In this document: one piece after another, positions 11,561 through 25,657 of the stretch | How positions within the stretch are numbered: the stretch's first letter is position 1 | How the letters are laid out: the number at the start of each line of letters is the position of its first letter | Assembly: GCA_964016885.1 (NCBI GenBank) | Contig: OZ024745.1 | Span: forward strand, 64,108,001 to 64,172,000 | Source: Eledone cirrhosa | Lineage: Eukaryota | DNA length: 64,000 nucleotides | Reading direction: 5' to 3' | The notes under the pieces: generated by a model | Databases searched by the model: none | The model's input: only the letters and a program-made list of their open reading frames with translations | Told to the model about the DNA's origin: nothing | Program-made: the position numbers and the translations under genes

Positions 11561-11702
11561 AAATGACATATCTAGCTTGCCTGTTGATGACATCAGTTAT
11601 ATTACATGTCACTCTTGCTACCTATCTAGCATGTCTGTCCATATCTATCTATTGGTTGGTCATGATTTGATAGCAACATCTACATACTTGATAGCTTCTT
11701 AA

Positions 11703-12055
11703 CCCCTAAGTTATCAACCTATTAAATAAAACCAACTGTTTTAAAGGTTTCCAATTTAAATAAAAATCTTCCAACATAATTTTATACAAGAACCTTACAT
11801 TAAGTTACTATCTTAATAATGAAATTGACCATCATCACCATTTAACGTCCATTTTCCACACTAGCATGGGTTAGATGGGTGGACCTATTTAAGGCAAGTT
11901 GAGGTTGAATGACCATGTCTTGCTCACACAGAACTGATTTTGGCTTGGTTTCTATGGCTGGATGCCCTAATAAATAATTTTAGTAAAGACCTTAAAATTC
12001 TTCATTTATTAATTAAAATAGAGAGTATTTCATTGGAAGTGTGATTATGAAAGGG
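11703..12055. mobile_element. piggyBac-like MITE (TTAA|CCC...GGG|TTAA) interrupted by a SINE tail (11828-11970); related partial copy at about 12545-12715
   Basis: ttaa-cccc at 11699 and aaggg-ttaa ending 12059; internal segments are shared with 12545-12718. Confidence 0.6.
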
Positions 12056-13169
12056 TTAAAACTGATGATCAATGAGACAGTTTTTTTTTTTTTATTCTCT
12101 GTTGGTTTCAGTTTGATTGTGACGACATGGGGGCAATACCTTTCAGTCTGGTGTATTTTTTTTCTATCCCAATTTATAGCTAATTTACCTTTTGACATAG
12201 AGCAACACAATTATTTTACATCAGTATGTGATGGAATCTATACAGTAGCTTGACCTACAGGAAATAACAACCAAATCTACAACTAGTCATAACATGCCAT
12301 CTTAAATGGAAGGATATATATGATAGTGTAGTCCGTGATGGACATAGATACAGGCTGGCCAGGCTCAGAATGCTTTTATTCACAGGTCTGCTCGATTTGG
12401 TTGACCTGGGGCTTGACAATAAGACATACATATAAACAAATATCAACTATATATATATATTTTTTTTGCAAACATGGAAGCATTTACCTGTGATATCAAC
12501 TCCCTCATATAATTTCCAACTTGGCCAAAACTGGCTCTAGTTCTCTGAAATAAAACCAGTCATTTTAAATGTTTCCTATTTAAATTAAAATCTTCAAATA
12601 TAATTTTATATAAGAACCTTGAATGATGTTACTTAGTAATGAAATAATTAATAATTTTAGTAAATACCCTGAAATTCTTCATCAATTTATTAAAATAGTA
12701 TTTTTCATGAAAGGGTTAACATCTAATGGTGCCAGTTGCTGTTGCAATGATTACATGACAGCTCCACACTGGTGTCACTGAAATATTTATTATCCAATAA
12801 ATATGATTGTTTTAACATTTATTTCATACATGAATACTGTCACATTTCATTGCTGTCATTATGCGGGTTAGAGACAACTGACATGGAGTGCTCTTATCTG
12901 CTTACACTTGTTTACCAATAAGATGTCACAGCACAACTCTTACAGATAACAACACAGGAATTAGCAACTATGAATATATATGATGCTGAAATCCTCAGTC
13001 AATGACCATCCAAGCCAACTATGGTTTAAATAGCCTTATCAACCCACAATTGGCCAAGTGTGGTGAGTATGGCTACACCTCTAACTGACACCAAATACAG
13101 AAAGCAGCAGATGTCAACCAGTGAGAGGTTCCTTCAACAGGAATGAGAAGGCCCTGGATTGGATTGGAC

Positions 13170-13490
13170 TTTGATGTTGCATGGGAGTGAGACATGGGTA
13201 GTAAACACAATATATACAAAGGATGGAGAGGAATGAAGCAAGCATGCTTTAATGGGTGCGCAATATTAATATACGTGAAAGGGCAAGCATAGATGAGATG
13301 GAGAGGCTGGATATAAGAGGAATTAGACAGTGTGCAGAAGAGATGACTGCTGCTTTGGCCATGTAATGTGTATGGATGACGAGTGTTGGTTGAAGAAAAA
13401 GCAGTGGAAATGAGCTGTGGTAGAGGAAGACGTGGGCAGAGGTTGTCAGAGCTGATCTCAAATTACTGAATCTCGCAGATGATTGGAGAG
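13170..13490 (+). mobile_element. RTE-clade LINE 3' RT fragment (decayed)
   Basis: MLHGSETW..ERNEASML..RLDIRGIR..FGHVMCMDDECWLKK across frameshifts; similar fragment at about 39810-40160. Confidence 0.7.
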
Positions 13491-13847
13491 GGCTGACCTG
13501 GGCCTAAACTATATTAACAATATGTACTTCACAGGATAGCCTCTATATTGTAGCTCAACCTATTAAAGTAATATCTCCAAAATGTCCATCATGGGATGGT
13601 CAAGGCTGGCATGCCTATGGTTTATAGGTTTGCTCAATCGGATACACATCATGCATTCAGGCTGGTACTGAGTTTAACCTTTTTATATCACAAGATGGTT
13701 ATAACGCTTTTTTTTTTTATTCACTAAGACATGAAACCATGTTTTTATTCAGTTCTAGCTGGAACAAATATAATATAAATGGAGCAAATATGGCACCTAA
13801 TGTTCAACACATCAAACTTTTGAAAAGTGTGTAATTAGATGACAATA

Positions 13848-14390
13848 ATAATAATGAAATTGTGTACAGTACTTAGGTGCACTACAACTCATCAAAGGTG
13901 CAAGTATAGAACATAGAATAATTGTTTCTACTTTTGGCACAAGGCCAGCAATTATCTCAGTGTATTACTGGTACTTTATTTTATCGACCCAGTAAGGACG
14001 AAAGGCAAAGTTAACCTTGGCGGGATTTGAATTCAGACCATAAAGGGCCGTAACTCTTTGATGCAAAGCATGGCGTCTGACCCTCTAACGATACTGCCAA
14101 TTCGCCACCCCTATAGAATAATGTACAAATGTCAGGAAAGTAAACATGGTATGTCATGATATACATGTGTGCATGTGTATGGAGGGGGGATATTGGGTGT
14201 AGTGTTGGAGGTTTTAAAGGATGCAGTGTCCTGGCACCTAACAACTGATGCATGTAGTGAAAAAATGTTTCCGAAAGTTGTGGGAGGTGTGCTTTTTACT
14301 AACTTTGTAGACATGTCCACGGGTGTTAGACACATGGAATTCAAAAATATGTTCAGGGTTGTTGTTTAGTTAATACTTCAGTATTAATAG
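13848..14390 (-). mobile_element. CR1-like LINE 3' end interrupted by a SINE insertion
   Basis: Reverse complement matches 21293-21603 (tgcatcagt..gttag..caggacactgcatcctt; gagttgtagtgca.ct.ag.ac). Confidence 0.7.
13923..14112 (-). mobile_element. tRNA-derived SINE (family B) with 10-bp TSD ATAGAATAAT
   Basis: Minus-strand head with A/B-box-like motifs and core aactttgcctttc.tcct..ggtcgataaaataaagtaccag; TSD at 13913-13922 and 14113-14122; very similar copy at 60232-60423. Confidence 0.75.
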
Positions 14391-14483
14391 CTTTTGCTGT
14401 TTTTTTTTTTGAGCTAATGAAGGATCTGTATGCTGTTGCTCGACCTGGTAGAAATAAATAGCAACTAAATCCATCTTCCTTAG

Positions 14484-14695
14484 CCCTTTAGCATTTAAAC
14501 CAGCCATATTGACTGAATTCTTTCACCTCTTTCTGTTCAAACCAGCCCCTCATACTGACATTAAGGTATTGTTCTCAAAATAAATAAATATCAAAATCTC
14601 TTATAGATTCGATATTATGTGAGATAAATTTGTGAGGTAAAGCCTTTAGCACAAAAATACAATTGTAAATATAGAGTAATGTAAATGCTAAAGGG
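14484..14695. mobile_element. piggyBac-like MITE inserted in a family C SINE
   Basis: TIR CCCTTTAGCATTTA / TAAATGCTAAAGGG, flanks ttag / ttaa; second copy at 38006-38213. Confidence 0.8.
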
Positions 14696-16284
14696 TTAAA
14701 TCTTATCACATCATAAAATATTGAAGAACATATTAGATAATGCAATCTCAGATAAGCCTAAAAAGGCAGAATGGTCAGGACTGATTTGGGAAATAAACTA
14801 ACAACTTTTGCAGTTTTAAGTAAATGAGGAACCACTAAGCTATGCTTGACTTGCTAGAATTACTACCAAATATCCTTCAAATCATGCCCTACTGTCTTGT
14901 GATTGGAAGGACACCTCGATATAATATAATTCTAGATACACTCTCTGAAAATAAGGATGCTCAGAGCTGAAAAGGCCCATGATCATGGGCCTGTTTGTTT
15001 AATCATGACTGACATGGAGCTGACCACCAATTTTTGCTTTTTTTTTTTTCTCCAAAGGTTTCTAAAAGTAACATCTGCAGTAAGTTTTTAAGTGAAACAA
15101 ATTGCAGCAAGGATTTGTTGTCATTTAGCCTTAGGTCAGCCCATATTGAGTAGGCCTATCATAATAAAGGCATTCTGTATATGACTCTCCTGTATTTTAT
15201 TCAGGTAGTGTATATCTAAAGCAGATTTTTTAATAATATGCCTTCTCTTTTTGAGGGAGATTTGGCTGCTGTTTCTAATAGATCAAATAAAAGCTGTTTT
15301 TTCTCGACTGTGTTAGTCCCATTAGTTGATGTAGTGTATTTTATAATTTATAAACTTTATTAAGATTTAATTATATAAATATATTCATAAATAACATTAC
15401 AAATTGTTCACAATTCTTTAGAATGAAAATATAAACACACACAACAAATACAACTACTGCTAGGAACCTCACAAATACAGCACACTAATTTTATAATAGT
15501 TAAAACTTTCTACACTAGTTATGTTAACACTGGTGAAATGATAAAACATTGAAGATTAGTGTAAATAATTTCAGAGAAAGAAAACTTTGGGTTAGAGTGT
15601 TCCTAATACAGGTCAAACTATTGATGATTTGATTTTTAGGGAGTGGTAGTGGTAACACATTATTTTTTGTCAGTTAAGAAGCAAACTTTTAGTGTAAATT
15701 CAGGAGAGATTTTCAGGTGTTAGTAAGTGTAGTTAACTCTCCTGGATTTATGAATTTCAATATCATTTTTGTATGATCTATGTATGGAATATTTTAACTA
15801 TGGAACAAAATCAGACATAATCTATTATAGATACATTTATATAATTTGTAAGAAAATTGACCGATAAATACTAACTGATTTACATTATCGTTTTTACATT
15901 AACTTTTCTATGCTGGCATAAGGTGGGGCATTTTGTTTATTCTTTTACTGGGTTCAGTTATGTCTGTGGTCATCTTGGGGCACCACTTTGATTTTGTCAT
16001 TTAGCTTTAGGTCAGCCCATATTGAGCAGGCCTATAATAAAGGTATTCTATATATGACTCCTCTGTAGTGTATATCTAAAACAGATTTTTGTCAATATTG
16101 CACCCAGTACATTTTTTTCAAGTCTGGTACTTATTTTATTAATCTTTTTTTTGTTAAACCACTAAGTTATGGCTCATAATCTCAGACACAAATGTAAACA
16201 CACATACACATATTTGTATTTAAATTCACAGATTAGTGTGGCAGCTACTGTACTTCATTTATTTAAACCGTGGGCTGAAGTTAG

Positions 16285-16560
16285 AGGGATCTTCTTGTTA
16301 AACCTTCTCTGTGAAGTCTATGCTAAGTGCCTGGCAAAAAGGTGCAGGGAGATTGTCGAGTTGAAGCCAACTGATGAACAGTGCGGTTTAACTTTGGATG
16401 CAGCACAGCTGACAAAATATGCACAGTGACAGGTCTTCGAGAAATTGTGGGAGTATTGCCAAAAAGTGTATTCTTGTTTTGTAGACCTTATATGACCGTG
16501 TTCCTCAGGACAGGCTCTGGAAGGTTCTGCAGGAATATGGGATCAATGGTCAGCTTCTAG
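16285..16560 (+). mobile_element. RTE-type LINE RT fragment
   Basis: RGIFLLNLLCEVYAKCL..DEQCG..QVFEKLWEY..YSCFVDL..YDRVPQDRLWKVLQEYGING. Confidence 0.75.
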
Positions 16561-16904
16561 CAGTAGACCCAGAGCAAGATGATTAGATAACCAGACAAAA
16601 AAAAAAGGATATATTTGTATCATGACTTTGAGATCACTATGTATTAAATCTTTTAGAATACTCACAGTATTACTGCTTTTTGTAAGAGGCAGCTAAAATG
16701 ATTTCCATCGTGTTGGGAATCTGGCTATAAAGGCCAATCTAGATAGGTTGCCCTAGTTGCTGGACAACAATGGTGAAATTGAAATCATATATATCTCAAG
16801 TGAACATCTTAACCATACAGCATTGTCTGCACCATATACATTTATGATCAGATATTAACAATGTAATTTTACAGTAGACAAATGCTACTAAAATGTATTC
16901 CACA

Positions 16905-17070
16905 CTATAAATGTGGTTGGTGTTAGGAAGGGCATCCAGCTGTAAAAATCTTAGCCAAAATACAGTTCTGTTTGAGCAAGGTATGGCGTAACCAGGCTTG
17001 TCTCATAACATAAACGACCTGTCTAACCCATGCAAGCATGGAAAAATAGACGTTAAACGGTGATGATGAT
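16905..17070 (+). mobile_element. Interspersed SINE/LINE 3'-tail repeat ending in (GAT)n
   Basis: ggttggtgttaggaagggcatccagctgta..ccatgcaagcatggaaaa..gacgttaaa..gatgatgat; other copies near 21880, 37715, 53595, 61880 (+) and 11830, 19080, 26930, 29620, 35660 (-). Confidence 0.75.
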
Positions 17071-17234
17071 ATGATTTAAGATATTAACCTGCTAGGTTAT
17101 ATTTGATAATAGTTTATCTAATGTCTGATATAATACATTTTTCAATGAATACAAACTTTGGTATGAGTTTATGGAAATGTAAAGATAAACCTCATTGCAA
17201 CACCTCCATGCATACATTAAATATTTATTTTCTA

Positions 17235-17710
17235 GTACAATCTAAACTATAGTAAAGGAAGGTCTGCGGGATTGTGTACGGTTTATTTTTTTGTTATCCC
17301 GTTTGTAAAATAAGTTGGATTACTTTAAAAAAATAATGAATGAATATTACATAATTTATCTACTGAATTTTGTGGCTGTTTTTTTTATTTAAAGATTCAC
17401 TTCTTTAGAATTTCTGAAATGTCAACACTTCTGGTGGCGATTGCTTAAATAAACATACTAATTTTCCGTCACTAATTTTCTCCTAATGCAGTTTATATAT
17501 AATATTGTCTTTTTAATGTATCATGGATTACTTTACTGATTAAATTAGACACTGTAACACAGTCTTCGTTCAATTTCTATGTATTGTATATTGTCAATTA
17601 CGATTTCATTTGATGTATCATATCTACATGTATATATATTTGCGTATAATATCAATATGCACACTACACATGCTAGCAGAAAACCACCCGAAGGTTGGTT
17701 TTTCTGCTAG
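17235..17710 (+). mobile_element. Non-autonomous Helitron-like element; 3' end clear, 5' end uncertain
   Basis: Ends CTAGCAGAAAACCACCCGAAGGTTGGTTTTTCTGCTAG|T; the terminal ~60 nt match the reverse complement of 59317-59380. Confidence 0.5.
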
Positions 17711-20700
17711 TCCTCTTAATCTGTGAGGTTTCTGTTCTTTGGCTCCAGCCAAGTCAACCTGAAAATTAGTAGATCAATGATAAAAAAACTTCCAATCATG
17801 GCAATTGTATCTTTTATTGGGATGATGTTCATGGCTGGAAGGATGTTAATCAAAGGTTTGTTTAATCATGATCAAACTAGAGCTAATATTATTTGTAAAA
17901 GGTTTCAATTGTAATGTTTCACAAACAAACAAATTGAAGATTTGTTGTTGATTAATCCCTGGTCAACTCTGATTGAGTTGACATGACCATCCAATCTTTG
18001 GTTCAGCTAGTATATCCATGACTAGATTACACATTATGCGATACCTTTTTTTAAAAAAAAAAAAAAAGGTAGGTTGAGTGTAATTTTAGAGGGATGCTGC
18101 TGCTCTTTCTAGCTGTGCAATTGTCTGCATAGTTGCTCCCTCATTGGCTTGTTTGTTTTTAAAGGTGCATTTTTTTCTTTTCAATGTTTAAAACTGAGAA
18201 AATGCACATTCTCCACTGTTATTGCGCTACATAAGCATACACTTGTCTAACATATGCTAGCATGGAAAGTGGATGTTAAACGATGTTGTTGATGAGCAGA
18301 TGATGGAGTCTCTAGAAATAAAGCCAGTTCTCATCCAAATTATGCCCTACAGTCTTAAATATAAAAGAACAAACTCGATAATATAGCCTAAAAAAGAAAA
18401 TCAAAAGGCCAGGAATGATCACAACTAGAAGGCATTTGATTATAAATCTGATCATTGGGGGTAGGGGTGAATGCCATTGTGAGTACATACTGTTCATAGG
18501 TTTCTTAATATTTTGCATCTGCAATATTTTCTTGGTGATTGTTTGTGGCAAGAGTATTTGTGTTTTAGTAATTTGATCTCTGTAATATAAACTAATACCA
18601 CAGGTAACTCTGACATATGATGGTAGAGGATTCTTTTTACCTCTTTTGATGGCTAGAAATGTCTCTTAGATAAGTTATTATTGTAATGCTCTAAATAAAT
18701 ACCTAGCTAATTATGACAAAGCAGGTAAGCTAGCTAATTGAGTTATTTATATATTTATTTATTTCTCTACATACCTGTTAATTTCTCTCTTGTACTTTAC
18801 TTCCATAGGTTTGTTATTACTGTTTTTATCAGTTCTTTTGTTGTTGTTTTTAAATTGTTTGAGCTCTATTATTTGTGGTATTAATATTAGGGCAGTAAGT
18901 TGTTGATGTTGATTTACCCTATGTGAGCTCTGTTTGACAGACTTAGAATAAAAAGTATTCAAATATCTCTGTTAGCATCACCATCCTTTTTATGTCAATT
19001 TTCCTTGCTTTCATAGGGAGGAGAGTTCATCACAGTTTAAGTCAGTTTTTTGATAATTGGAGGATCACATGTGAATATTCCATTTTTGGCATGATTTCTA
19101 TGGCTGAATGCTCACCTTAACACCAACCACTTTACAAGGTGTACTGGGTGCATTTTATTGTGAGATCAATATCGTGTTATGAGGCTAAATATATTGTCCT
19201 GGCTAGGACTACAGAGTCCTCTGGACCCAACGATGTTTCCACTTGTTTGCTAATTACATTAGAGAGTATACCGAGTGCATTCTCATAGAGTAGTTTGCCA
19301 TGAATTTACCTGCTCTATGGTCCTACAAATGAATGCCAAGGATACAAGGTATACCTGGAATGAACTAAAAAGCATGTTTCATGACAGTTGGAGAAACATT
19401 GTTAATGGCCTGTCTCAGAGGGGGGCAATGGTTATAGAATATAATATAAGATTGCATTATTCTGGATATACATTTCTCCATTTGTTTTATAGCCATTTCT
19501 AGCAGATCAACTGATTGTGTACAACCCATCACAGGCTGGAGATAAGAATATAACTCTTATTTAGAATATAAATGGGTTTAATTATAGTTTAATAGATATA
19601 TTTATAAGTAGACATATGTAATGAAGTTAAAATGCCATATTGATGTAAAAATATCTAGAGGGGGAGTGGGTGTATGGCATGAAACATTTTTTCCCATTTC
19701 AGCGTAGAATATTAATGGAAAAAAGATAATTGTGTAATTACGGTTAAGCATCTGTTAAAATATGTAACTACAGTACAGCAGAAAAAATAAAAGGAAAGAA
19801 GTGAGAAAAAATAAGCAGAAAAGAAGTGAGAAAACATGCAGCTAGACATCCAGAAAGATCTTAATAATACTTTGAAATTTGTAAGAGAGCAAGAATAGTT
19901 TGGTTATAACAGTAAACATTTTCTAAAAAAAATGAGATACTAGTGTAGATAAAAATACCAGTACGTCAGAAAACCAGTCAAGAGGAGCAGTCATTTACTC
20001 TGTATGATGTTAGACTTGCTACAAGTAATGGTAAACTATGGTGTCTTTGTAAACATTAACCTAACTGCTAGTTTAACTTTGCATATGAGATATGGGAGAT
20101 ATTTTTCAAGCTTTTTTTTTTTTTAGCAAAAAGTATGGGTCTTAAAATCCATCAAATACAAAATGTAGGTATGTTATCTAAATCCTGTTATTTGTAGTGT
20201 GTATCTACTTAGGTTTGATGTAAATACTGAGCTTGGCATTATAGGTGTTGTTGATATCTAATTGACAAATATGTTTGCTCAAATTCTACAGAATTTAGTA
20301 TACATTAGGAAATCATATATATTTCTAATTACATGTCTTTCCCATTGTTTGCTAGTCCTCTTCTCACTCTGTTTTCTGTAAAAGAAGATACCTGCTCTAA
20401 ATACCATAGAGTGAGATTGAACTTGGAACTATGCTTAGAAATTCTTGACCACATGGCAAAGCACCCTCATTAACCACACATATGACATTTGAGTCTTGAT
20501 CGTCCTCTTTTAATTTAGCCTTCTATTGTTTAGATATGGTATAATTTCAAGGAGATTTGGCTGCTATTTCTAACAGGTTGATGTGATGTAGAGGCTCCCC
20601 ACATTCTCTTTATAAATTTGTTAGTTGGTGGTAGGAATAGGCAATGTTGTAGGTAATGGGAGGTCAAATTTATTGATGGTCATTGTTGTTGGTTAGATAG

Positions 20701-21292
20701 GTGGAGCAATGTTGATGAGGTTGTATGAAGATGATGATGATATATAATAATGGTGTCAGAAATTGATGATGTCTAGGAGAGGATGGGAGATGGTGCTGAT
20801 GTGTTGAGATGGTGTCAAATATGGTGATGAGGTTGAGGGTGCACTTAGTGATAATAGTAGGCAAGGGAGGGATGGCTATGGTTTGTGTATCAGAAATTGA
20901 TGAAGTGGTGGGGGAGTTGGCAATTATTGTGGATGTGACAAAGGATGCTGTGAGATGAATTGTCCAGTGATTGAGATGATGATGATGGGTTTCTGATGCT
21001 GCTGATGAGGGTAGGTCATGTGTAGCCAGTTATCTACTGTAATAATGTTTTACCAGAAAGGAAATGTCATACCACTTCCCATTCTGTCCTTCCGCAAAGG
21101 CTGACTGAGCCTTTACAGATCTCATTATAAAGTATTTATTTAGGTCTTCCATTGACCCCACCCCCATCCTGACATGACATACACACACACACACACACAA
21201 TCATGCCCTTAGATACACACAAACATGTACATAGATACACACAAACATGTACATAGATACACACAAATACATACACATACATCCACACAAGT

Positions 21293-21603
21293 ACATTTTT
21301 TCATGTTCAGAGTTGCTGAAGCATGGAACAAACTACCTGCATCAGTCGTTAGCTGTCAGGACACTGCATCCTTCAAAACTTCCATCCTTCCTGGAATTCG
21401 TCACACTACACCTGATATTTCCCTTCCATAAAGACACACACTCATTGTGTGTGTTTGGTCTGTGTTGTATGTATCATGACGCATGTGTTGTTCAATTTCC
21501 TGATTTTTCTACATTATTCTATATACTGTACATGCACCTTTGGCTACCTTTTTATGATGAGTTGTAGTGCAGCTGAGCGCTATACACAATATTTTTCATT
21601 ATT
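21293..21603 (+). mobile_element. CR1-like LINE 3' end
   Basis: HFFMFRVAEAWNKLPASVVSCQDTASFK matches the FF.RV..WN.LP C-terminal motif; third copy at about 55130-55417. Confidence 0.75.
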
Positions 21604-22021
21604 ATGTAGATAGATCCACACCAGTAAATGCACAGAGCTCTACACTAGTACCTGCACATGCATTCTGACACATACATGCACACGCACACATGTAAACATC
21701 TATACATGTACACATGTATATAGATACACGTATACTTTGTAAAATGGTCATGACAAAAAGCACGCAGCCCATATTATTAGGTGGTCATGTAGGTGTCATG
21801 ACAAAAAGCACCCAGCCCACACTGTAAAATGGTAGTGTAGGAGTCATGACAAAAAGCATCCAGCACATGCTGTAAATGTGGTTGGCGTTAGGGAGGGCAT
21901 CCAACCATAGAAACCTATCCAGAAACAGTTCTATATGAACAAGACATGCCTCAAATGGGACAACCCATCTAACCCAGGCTAGAATGGAAAATGGATGTTA
22001 AACGATGATGATGAGGCACTT

Positions 22022-25000
22022 CATGTACATAGACACACATATACTTCCACATGTACTTGTATGTACATAGACACACACATACTTCCACATGTACTTGTAT
22101 GTACATATACACACACATACTTCCACATGTACTTGTATGTACATATACACACACATACTTCCACATGTACTTGTATGTACATAGACACACATATACTTCC
22201 ACATGTACTTGTATGTACATAGACACACATATACTTCCACATGTACTTGTATGTACATAGACACACACATACTTCCACATGTACTTGTATGTACATAGAC
22301 ACACACATACTTCCACATGTACTTGTATGTACATATACACACACATACTTCCACATGTACTTGTATGTACATAGACACACATATACTTCCACATGTACTT
22401 GTATGTACATAGACACACACATACTTCCACATGTACTTGTATGTACATATACACACATATACTTCCACATGTGCTTGTATGTACAGACACACATATACTT
22501 CCACATGTGCTTGTATGTACATAGACATGCATATACTTCCACATGTACTTGTATGTACATAGACACACATGTACTTGTATGTACATAGACACACATGTAC
22601 TTGTATGTACATAAACACACATATACTTCCACATGTACTTGTATGTACATAAACACACATATACTTCCACATGTACTTGTATGTACATAAACACACATAT
22701 ACTTCCACATGTACTTGTATGTACATAGACACACATATACTTCCACATGTACTTGTATGTACATAGACACACATATACTTCCACATGTACTTGTATGTAC
22801 ATAGACACACACATACTTCCACATGTACTTGTATGTACATAGACACACATATACTTCCACATGTACTTGTATGGACATAGATACACATACTTCCACATGT
22901 ACTTGTATGGACATAGACACACATATACTTCCACAAGTACTTGTATGTACATAGACACACACATACTTCCACATGTACTTGTATGTACATAGACACACAC
23001 ATACTTCCACATGTACTTGTATGTACATAGACACACACATACTTCCACATGTACTTGTATGTACATAGACACACATATACTTCCACATGTACTTGTATGT
23101 ACATAGTCACACACATACTTCCACATGTACTTGTATGTACATAGTCACACACATACTTCCACATGTACTTGTATGTACATAGTCACACACATACTTCCAC
23201 ATGTACTTGTATGTACATAGACACACATATACTTCCACATGTACTTGTATGGACATAGACACACATACTTCCACATGTACTTGTATGTACATATACACAC
23301 ACATACTTCCACATGTACTTGTATGTACATAGACACACACATACTTCCACATGTACTTGTATGGACATAGACACACATATACTTCCACATGTACTTGTAT
23401 GTACATAGACACACACATACTTCCACATGTACTTGTATGGACATAGACACACATATACTTCCACATGTACTTGTATGTACATAGACACACACATACTTCC
23501 ACATGTACTTGTATGTACATAGACACACACATACTTCCACATGTACTTGTATGTACATAGACACACACATACTTCCACATGTACTTGTATGTACATAGAC
23601 ACACACATACTTCCACATGTACTTGTATGTACATAGACACACACATACTTCCACATGTACTTGTATGTACATAGACACACACATACTTCCACATGTACTT
23701 GTATGTACATAGACACACATATACTTCCACATGTACTTGTATGTACATAGACACACATATACTTCCACATGTACTTGTATGTACATAGACACACACATAC
23801 TTCCACATGTACTTGTATGTACATAGACACACACATACTTCCACATGTACTTGTATGTACATATACACACACATACTTCCACATGTACTTGTATGTACAT
23901 AGACACACATATACTTCCACATGTACTTGTATGTACATAGACACACACATACTTCCACATGTACTTGTATGTACATATACACACATATACTTCCACATGT
24001 GCTTGTATGTACAGACACACATATACTTCCACATGTGCTTGTATGTACATAGACATGCATATACTTCCACATGTACTTGTATGTACATAGACACACATGT
24101 ACTTGTATGTACATAGACACACATGTACTTGTATGTACATAAACACACATATACTTCCACATGTACTTGTATGTACATAAACACACATATACTTCCACAT
24201 GTACTTGTATGTACATAAACACACATATACTTCCACATGTACTTGTATGTACATAGACACACATATACTTCCACATGTACTTGTATGTACATAGACACAC
24301 ATATACTTCCACATGTACTTGTATGTACATAGACACACACATACTTCCACATGTACTTGTATGTACATAGACACACATATACTTCCACATGTACTTGTAT
24401 GGACATAGACACACACATACTTCCACATGTACTTGTATGTACATAGACACACACATACTTCCACATGTACTTGTATGTACATAGACACACACATACTTCC
24501 ACATGTACTTGTATGTACATAGACACACATATACTTCCACATGTACTTGTATGTACATAGACACACATACTTCCACATGTACTTGTATGGACATAGACAC
24601 ACATATACTTCCACATGTACTTGTATGTACATAGACACACATATACTTCCACATGTACTTGTATGTACATAGACACACACATACTTCCACATGTACTTGT
24701 ATGTACATAGACACACATATACTTCCACATGTACTTGTATGGACATAGACACACACATACTTCCACATGTACTTGTATGTACATAGACACACACATACTT
24801 CCACATGTACTTGTATGTACATAGACACACACATACTTCCACATGTACTTGTATGTACATAGACACACATATACTTCCACATGTACTTGTATGGACATAG
24901 ACACACATACTTCCACATGTACTTGTATGTACATAGACACACACATACTTCCACATGTACTTGTATGTACATAGACACACATATACTTCCACATGTACTT

Positions 25001-25088
25001 GTATGTACATATACACACATATACTTCCACATGTACTTGTATGTACATAGACACACACATACTTCCACATGTACTTGTATGTACATAG
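22022..25088. repeat. 38-bp satellite array (about 80 units) with higher-order duplication
   Basis: Unit ACATAGACACACAYATACTTCCACATGTACTTGTATGT; it produces the long MWKYVCVYVHTSTCGS ORFs. Confidence 0.98.
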
Positions 25089-25210
25089 TCTGTTAAAAAA
25101 GAAAATGATATAAATATAAATATAATTAAATTAAAATTGTCATCATAAAGTGGACATAAAAATGTTGATGATAATACACACATATTAACATACATTCAGT
25201 AAAGGAACAT

Positions 25211-25548
25211 GGCTTAGTGGTTAGAGCATTGGGCTTACAATTGTAAGGTTATGAGATCAATTCCCAGACCTGTTGTATCCTTAAGTAAGACACATTACTC
25301 ATTACATGACACATTTCACATTACTCCAGTTTACTCAGCTATAGAAATGAGTTATGTCATCACTGGTGCCAATCTGCATCAGCCCTTTGCCTTTCTCTTG
25401 GACAAGATTAATGGTGTGAATAGGGAAGACTGGTATGCATGGGTGACTGTCGGTCTTCCACAAAAACACCTTGCCCAGATTTTTTGCCTCGGAGGAGAAC
25501 TTGCTTGGTGCAAAGCCCATAATCATTCATGACTGGAGGGGCCTCTTC
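25211..25548 (+). mobile_element. tRNA-derived CORE-like SINE (family A)
   Basis: A-box tggcttagtggttagagc, B-box-like gagatcaattcc, core gtatccttaagtaagacac..ccagtttactcagct; heads also at 33822(-), 34577 and 37495. Confidence 0.7.
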
Positions 25549-25657
25549 TCTCTCTCTACACACACACACTCACACACATATATACATTGCTCCTGCTGAT
25601 GTCTAATAGAATTTTCTTTTTGTTTTCTTTTCAGTTTATCCCATCCCCCAAATCACC

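Noticed and set aside
18595-18730. Two good donor motifs (CAG|GTAACT, CAG|GTAAGC) in intron 1
   Set aside because: No supportable exon boundaries or promoter; could be chance
21969-25195. 355-670 aa Cys/Tyr/Val-rich ORFs; CRISPR-like periodicity
   Set aside because: Translations of a 38-bp satellite; no unique spacers, eukaryotic context, no cas genes
25211-25285. tRNA gene candidates at SINE heads (also 37495, 33822)
   Set aside because: A/B boxes are present but there is no full cloverleaf, and they continue into SINE bodies
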